From NCBI GenBank assembly GCA_951406725.2, contig OX597829.1, forward strand, positions 57,598,001-57,662,000: 64,000 bases of DNA. Direction: 5' to 3'. This DNA is from Octopus vulgaris (taxonomy: Eukaryota). Of the stretch, positions 57,201 to 64,000 are shown one piece after another. Each line of letters starts with the position of its first letter. Position 1 is the first letter of the stretch. Position numbers and translations under genes: made by a program. Below the pieces are notes generated by a model that saw only the letters and a list, made by a program, of their open reading frames with translations, was not told where the DNA came from and ran no database searches.

Positions 57201-58224
57201 ATAACAACCAAATATTAATTTCTGTCTAACATTCTTGTTTCTTTTGCTTTTATTTCTCTTAGGCAGCTGACCCTTTTCACAGAATTAATAATAGACCTTT
57301 ACCTTAACTATATTCTCTCCCCCAACCCCGTTTTTACCCATTAAGACTGTTCTCTGTTAATCTAGTTGTTTGCATGTGGGGTATCATGACACCCTGGTGT
57401 GAGGTTTTTTGAATTTAGCATAATTGACAAAATACACCCAATACTGGTGTCAGGGAGACAGAGTGCTGAAGATGTCTACAAGAGTTGTATTACACTGGTT
57501 TTCAATTTTTCTTTTTTTTTGTTATGGAGTGGTGGGCTGTGGATAGGTGGGGCTGCGTCTGCTACCCATCCACCCATGATCTCCTAGTCTTATTATCAAA
57601 CTTTTATATTTTACTTGTTTCAGTCATAATAGGTGTCGACATGGCTGTTTGATAAGAAGCTTGTTTCTCAAACCACATAGTTTTGAGTTCAGTCCTATTG
57701 CATGGCACCTTGGGAGACACAAGCACATACACACACAAACATGTGCGCACGCACATTCACACACATATACACACACACACACACACGTATGTCAGTCTGT
57801 ATGTATATATGATGAGCTTCTTTCAGTTTCCATCCACCAAAATCCACTCACATGCTTTGGTTGGCCTGAGGCTATAGTAGAAGACACTTACCCAAGATGC
57901 CACACAGTGGGGTTGAACCCAGAACTATGTGGTTGGGAAGCAAACTTCTTACCACAGAGCGATGCCTGTACATAGAATAAACGACCATAAACTGGATGTT
58001 TAAACCCTTCCATCTTAAAACAGTAGGGTACATGACTTAGGGACTGCTGGCATAAGTCACTTGTAATGCATTTACAAAATGTCTTGTAAAACAGAATTGA
58101 ATGGGTTGCTTCTATAAAAGATAAATTAGACATATTTCTACCAAAAATTGGCCCAGGTTGTTTAACTTAGAAGCACCACCTCATAGGTAGCCATTTTAAG
58201 TCAAGTTTTTCTCGTATCATGTCC

Positions 58225-58480
58225 CATTCAAGTAGGGAGTTGTTGTTGAATGGGATGTATTTAGTTATCTGGTATCCCTTGAAGAAATTCGTCCAAATTT
58301 CGTTTGAAGGTGATGGAGACTTTCTCTTTGATTTGTTTTGAGATAATATTAAATGGAGTAGGACCTGTTGAGGAAAGGAAAACGTGTTGCAGTGTATTTA
58401 TGCGTTGTGGGCCTGAATTGTGTAGGAGGCATATGACATGGGGTCCCACCTTTGGATGAATTCTGAATTTGATGTTTTGA
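58225..58480 (-). mobile_element. Old CR1/L2-group LINE 3' remnant
   Basis: TGPTPFNIISKQIKE..ITFKRNLDEFLQGIPDN resembles GP.LFN.LP...FK..LDKFL..IPD.P. Confidence 0.6.
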
Positions 58481-59099
58481 TGTAAAATATGATATAAAAC
58501 TGGTTGTCAAGGAGGATTAATAGATCTGTGGTAAAGCACACAGATAAATAAATTCCAGTTGTGTGAGGTACAGATAAAAAGATAAGAGTTTTTCAGGTGC
58601 ACAGATAATATGTGTAGATTTGCTGAACCCCAGATGTTAGACTGATGTTAAATCAAATCCGTTCATTCTGAATCTTTTTCTGTCTTTCTCATATAGTATT
58701 TTCATGTATATTCACCTATTGTTTGTTCTTTGTTATCTACCCCTATAAATCTTGCATAAACAACACATCTATCTCTTGATATATAGAACTTCTTGATGTT
58801 ATTTTATAATTATACAGGCATATATACGTGTGAGTGGGTGTATAAATTAAGGTTTCGTTTTATGTTTGAGATACACGTAAAAATGATTTAACATGAAATT
58901 GGAAAATTACTCAATTTTTTGTTGAGTACATGTTTGTTAAACTTTTACAAAGAAAATGTTGACAGTAACTTTGAAGTTTATACATACATGCAATTTATAT
59001 GTGTATATATATGTGTGTGTGTGAGTGTGTGTGTATATATATATAGCATCATCATCATCCTCATTTAATGTATGTCTTCTGTGCTGGCATGGATTGGAT

Positions 59100-59130
<31 letters not shown>

Positions 59131-59435
59131 GTACACACACATATACACATATATATATAAATAATGCACGTATATATCCATGTATGTATATATGGATATA
59201 TATACGTATGAACCTATGTATACCCACACATATATATCCACACACACACACACACATAACACTTGGTGCTGTTTATTAAAGTAGAAGGGGACAAGGCTGT
59301 ATTGAAGAAAAGTGCAAGAGTGGAATTTTCCACAGGATACGACGACCAGAGAACTTTACCCATGAATCATCAGCTAAATTGTTTATCATCACTTGCAGCC
59401 AGCGCAAATATACATGGTGCAGTGCACAGCTGCAT

Positions 59436-59472
<37 letters not shown>

Positions 59473-59558
59473 CTCTCTCTATTTAAACCTGTCTCTGTTT
59501 TTTTCCTTCCACATCACTGTATCATTTTCTCACACATAATATCTATATCTCCATTAAT

Positions 59559-59605
<47 letters not shown>

Positions 59606-60299
59606 TTCTCTTTATCCTCTCTGTTTTTCTTTCTCTCTTTCTCTCTCCCAGCCTCTTTCATTCTTTACCTCTCTCTCTCTCTCTCTGTCTCTCTCAACTA
59701 TTCTCTCTCTATCCGTTCACTTATCTATCTACCTACCTACCTACCTACCTATCTATCCATCAATTTGTGTGTGTGTGTGTGCATCTGACTGTCTGTCTAT
59801 CCGTCGGTCCGTCAGTCTATCCATCTATCTAGTTATCTCTCTTACTCTCTCCCTATCTTTTTCTATCCCTTCCTCCCTCTCCCTTCCTCCCTCTCTCTCT
59901 CTCTCTCTCTCTCCCTCTCTCTGCCTATCTTTCCATTTATTCAGAGATGTCCTTCATGTACACACCTTATACAACACCTAACCTCATTTCTGTTTGCTAT
60001 ATACATTCCTTTTCTACCTCCAATTTTATCTTCACTTTATATGTTTGCATCTAAACACAAACAAACAAACACACATGTGTATCATTTGTCTTTTCTCATT
60101 CACTTGTTCCATTCATTCGACTAAAGTTTTGCTGGATTAACATCTTGAAGGGTTTTATTGAACAAATCAGCCAAAGTACTTATTTTGCTAGCCTAGTACT
60201 CACCCTAGTACTCACCCTAGTACTGGGGTTGATGTAAACCATCCTGCAGCATCACCTGAAAAATAGCTGGTCTTGCACCAAAATTGGAAAGAATTGTCA

Positions 60300-60960
60300 G
60301 CATTTTTTTCATCTTTATGTTCAGAGTTCAAATTCCACCATGGCTGACATTGCCTTTCATTGTTTTGGGGTCGATAAAATAAGCACAAGTTGAGCACTTG
60401 GGTTGAAGTAATCGACTAGCCCCCTCCCCTACAAAACATCAGCCCTTGTAAAAAGGGTTATTATAGTAAAAAGGAGTATTATCATCATCACCAGCATTAT
60501 TATTATTATTGTTGTTGTTGTTATTATTAAAGGCAGCAAACTGGTAGAATCGTTAGCACTCCAAGTCAGTACTTTGTCTGTCGCTATGTTCTGGGTTGAT
60601 GAATAAGTACCTGCTATGTACTGGGGTCGATGTAATCAACTAATACTCTTCCTCAAAAAATTTTCATGGCCTTGTACCTAAACTAGAAATAATAATAATA
60701 ATTATCATTATTATTATTATTATTATTTTTAAGGGTGGTGAACTGGCAAAATTGCAAGCATGCTGGACACTTGCTGAATGGCATTTCAGCTATCATTATA
60801 TTCTGAGTTCAAACTCTGTGGAAATCGACTTTCTCTTTCATCCTTTTGGGGTTTATCAAGTACCAGTTGCACACTGGTGTTGATGTAGCTGACTAGCCAT
60901 CCCCAACTACCCCGCTCCCCTGCAAAAATTTCAGGCCTTGTGCCTATAGCGGAAAAGATT
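60300..60960 (+). mobile_element. Cluster of three SINE B remnants separated by (ATT)n
   Basis: Repeated GAGTTCAAA, CTTTCATCCTTT.GGG, AAGTACC..CTGGGGTCGATGTAATC and GGCCTTGTGCCTA blocks. A similar cluster is at 62560-63110. Confidence 0.8.
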
Positions 60961-61143
60961 ATCACCACCACTACTACTACAACAACAACAACATAGATAT
61001 ATCCTGATTTCAATGTCAAAGATTTATCAGCATATTCCAAAACAACATAGCAAGCATGCTTTCGGTTTTATAATTTCCCAATTCTTTTTGTGGGTTAGAA
61101 ATATCAGCCAAATTTTGTTTTTAAATATGCATGTACATTTCTT

Positions 61144-61210
<67 letters not shown>

Positions 61211-61289
61211 GGGCTCCTAAATAAGGATGCCAAGTGCTGCGAACACAAAAAGGAGATATATATATATATAATAAAGATGTATATTCTCA

Positions 61290-62555
61290 TCATCATCATC
61301 ATCATCATTGTTTAACGTCCTCCTTCCATATTGGCATGGGTTGAAAGGAGCTGCTAAGTCAGGAGACTTCAAGCTCTACTCTCTGCTTTGATATGGTTTC
61401 TACATAAAAATGCACCCACAGGCCCCCACCTCTCCACATTTAGGGATTGGCATTTCTTTATGCAGTTGTCTTCATCCGTACACATCACATGACCATATCA
61501 GTGCAGCTTTCTCTCTTACACACATCTGATGCCTCTTTTGCCCAACTTTTCTCTCAAAACATTCACACTATGTTGTACATGCATACTGTCATTGCACATC
61601 CAGCGGATCCTGCTGGCTTCATTTGTTTCAAGCTTTTGCATGTCTTTTGCATTCACAGCCACGTTTCACAATCATGTAACATAACTGTTCATATACAGGC
61701 ATCATACAATCTGTCTTTCATGCTAAGGGTGAAACTGTATCTTACCAAGAAAGGTAATAGCTCTCCGAACTTTGCTCAGCTGGTTCCATTTCTAGCAATT
61801 ATGCTTTCACAGCTTCCTCCTACATTGCTAACTAGGGGTAAACTCATCTCTAAGGATCTCCTTGGGCACTTAAGGAAATCTATTTCTTGTGTATTCTTTG
61901 TGTTTATTATTCCTGCACATCTGCTACACACAAAGACTACTTTCTCTTTTCCTGTGATATCACTGCACTTCTTATGTGTCCTATGGACACATTAGAGTTA
62001 GGGTTCCTTCTTGACTATTCTTGGGTCACAGAAGCATGTAACCTCAGCTATATAGCACATGTGGTGCACCTTGTCGAGCACCCATATGTGTGGTCTGTTA
62101 ATGTCTAGCACCTGATCTATTTGGATTGGGAAATCCCAGATAATTTTGCTAGTCTCTGACTCTGCCACTCCCTGTGGTTTGTGCTCATACTATGTCTTGC
62201 CACTCTTTAGCAAACATTTTTTGCACAGTTCCCAATGTACATTATTTACACTGAGTATACTCTATGGAATTTCTCCTTACCCCTTTTCTACATATCAAGC
62301 AGGGCCATCTCCTTAAAGAGATTTGTATTTTGTCTGCTTTCCTACTTATCAATAGTTTGGTCTTTGCTAATTTAATTCTAAGTCCCTTTGATTCCATATC
62401 TTGCTTCCATACCTGAAATTTCTTCTAATTTTATTAGAAAATCAGCTATGAGAACAAGATTATCAACACCCATGGTGCTCCCATGGGTAGCCGATTTTGA
62501 ATTCCTTTGTTTATGGCCTGGAGGACTATAATAAACAAGAGGAAGCTGAGAACTG
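61290..62555 (-). mobile_element. Degenerate RTE-clade LINE (RT to 3' tail)
   Basis: Minus strand: PW..DNLVLIA (decayed YADD), FQVWKQDMESKGLRIKLAKTK, PCLICRKGVRRNSI, and RLYDAC...MLH..ETW. Ends in the (GAT)n tail at ~61290. Confidence 0.75.
62092..62241 (-). mobile_element. R4/Dong-like REL-endonuclease-region fragment inside the RTE remnant
   Basis: VHWELCKK..KT*YEHKPQGVAESETSKIIWDFPIQIDQVLDINRP matches HWELC..WYEH.P..V.E..KILWDF.IQTD..NRPD. Confidence 0.7.
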
Positions 62556-62768
62556 ATTTGTCGAGCTGGCTGAATTGTTCACACGTTGGGCACGATACTT
62601 AACAGTATTAAAATCTGCTGCTACATTCTGAGTTCAAATTCTGCTGAGGTAGACTTTGCCTTTCGTCCTTTCGGGGTCAATAAATTAAGTACCAGTAAAC
62701 AACTGGAGTCAATGTAATCAGCTAGTCTTCTCCCCCATATTTCAGGCCTCATACCTATAGTAGAAAGG

Positions 62769-62823
<55 letters not shown>

Positions 62824-63121
62824 GGCAATGAGGTGGCAGAATTGTTAGAATGCTGGACGAAAGGCTTAGTGGCATTTTGTCCGTCTTTATGTTCTGAGTT
62901 CAAATTTTGCCGAGGTGTCTTTGCTTTTCATCCTTTCAGGACCAATTAAAATAAATACCAGTTATATACTGGGGTCAATGTAATCGACTATACCCCACCC
63001 CCAAATTTCAGGCCTTGTGCTTATAGTAAAAAGGATTAATATTATTATTATTAAGGCAGTGAACTGGCAGAGTTGTTAGCACACTGGGTGAAATGCTTAA
63101 CATCTCTTGAATATAGAGCTG

Positions 63122-63144
63122 TATTATTACTATTATTATCATCA

Positions 63145-63193
<49 letters not shown>

Positions 63194-63346
63194 CATTATT
63201 ATTATTATCATTATTATTATTATCATTATTATTATTATTATCATTATTATTATTATTACTATTATTATCATCATCATCATCATTATTATTATTATTATTA
63301 TTATCATTATTATTATTATCATTATTATTATTATCATTATTATTAT
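63122..63346. repeat. (ATT)/(ATC)n trinucleotide microsatellite
   Basis: Directly visible. Confidence 0.97.
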
Positions 63347-63719
63347 ATGTTTGACTTTTGCTTTGTACAAGTTGACTCCAAGTCTCACCCAGTGACCTCA
63401 AGAGACAAGTTCAAAGTTTAAGTTGGTGTTATGACTAGGGTGTTATGACTAGTATGTCAAACCATAAGTAAATTAGAAGTTTGTTTTAAAAGTGATTTGA
63501 TTATTAGATGATAGTCTTGTGTTAAGATGACAGCAAAAGGTGTTTGCTGTTACATAAGTTTAAAAGTACTTTTGACACTGTTCACAGATTAAAATGTTTG
63601 GGGGATTATGTTGACAATATTTTATGTAGGATATGGGTAGTTCCCATGAGTGCTATTTTTTTAATTTCTTTTTTTTTTGTTTGGATTTCCTGATATCTAA
63701 GCTAGGTATTATTTCTTTT

Positions 63720-64000
63720 TATCACAGCTTTTGTTGGAACTCCTGGAGTCTTGCATGTGTAGCGAGTTTACCACCTGTATCCTACAGTATCATGCTATCC
63801 ATTCTTTTCAGCTACCTAATACTTTCCTGATTATTCTGGCCATGCCAAGGGGGAGAACCTTTTCTAACAGTTCTACTGGGCACTCTATTCCAATTTCCTT
63901 TATATTCCTCTTGATTCCTTCTCATACTGTGCCCAAAGACCCAACAATAATTGGCACTATCTTCACCTTCTTCATTTTCCATAGCTGGGCTATTTCGTAC
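63720..64000 (-). mobile_element. R4/Dong-like non-LTR retrotransposon 3' end, running off the window
   Basis: YEIAQLWKMKKVKIVPIIVGSLGTV*...LLEKVLPLGMARIIRKVLGS* (stop at 63808-10) matches the R4-clade C-terminus VVP.VIGALG...LQK..LLGTARILRKVL. Confidence 0.8.

Noticed and set aside
63008-63421. Poly-N/I/L/Y ORFs
   Set aside because: Translations of an (ATT/ATC)n microsatellite.

Overview
AT-rich, microsatellite-saturated eukaryotic DNA with no recognisable intact host protein-coding gene. Almost all ORFs in the track are artefacts of (TA)n/(CA)n/(CT)n/(ATT)n runs. The repeat landscape is most consistent with an intronic or intergenic region of an Octopus genome; this is my inference from repeat families I recall, not a database result. 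Supported content: three tRNA-derived SINE families, a young 5'-truncated CR1-clade LINE (41.3-42.1 kb), RTE, R4/Dong-like and older CR1-like remnants, a Penelope-like RT fragment with an internal inversion (52.9-53.5 kb), and Tc1/mariner and Tigger-like MITEs. The most interesting signal is a set of sequence-unrelated minimal type-I hammerhead-ribozyme-like motifs with palindromic stem III, of the Penelope type. They lie at 5.2, 8.9/15.9/21.0, 42.6-42.8 (a divergent pair), 50.9 and 55.5 kb, mostly in short islands inside (TA)n tracts. Several long near-perfect inverted repeats (9.5-10.0, 23.0-23.2, 39.8-40.0 kb) and a tandem hairpin array (56.8-57.2 kb) also occur. A few weak exon candidates are reported only as speculation. 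Coordinates of degenerate repeats are approximate.
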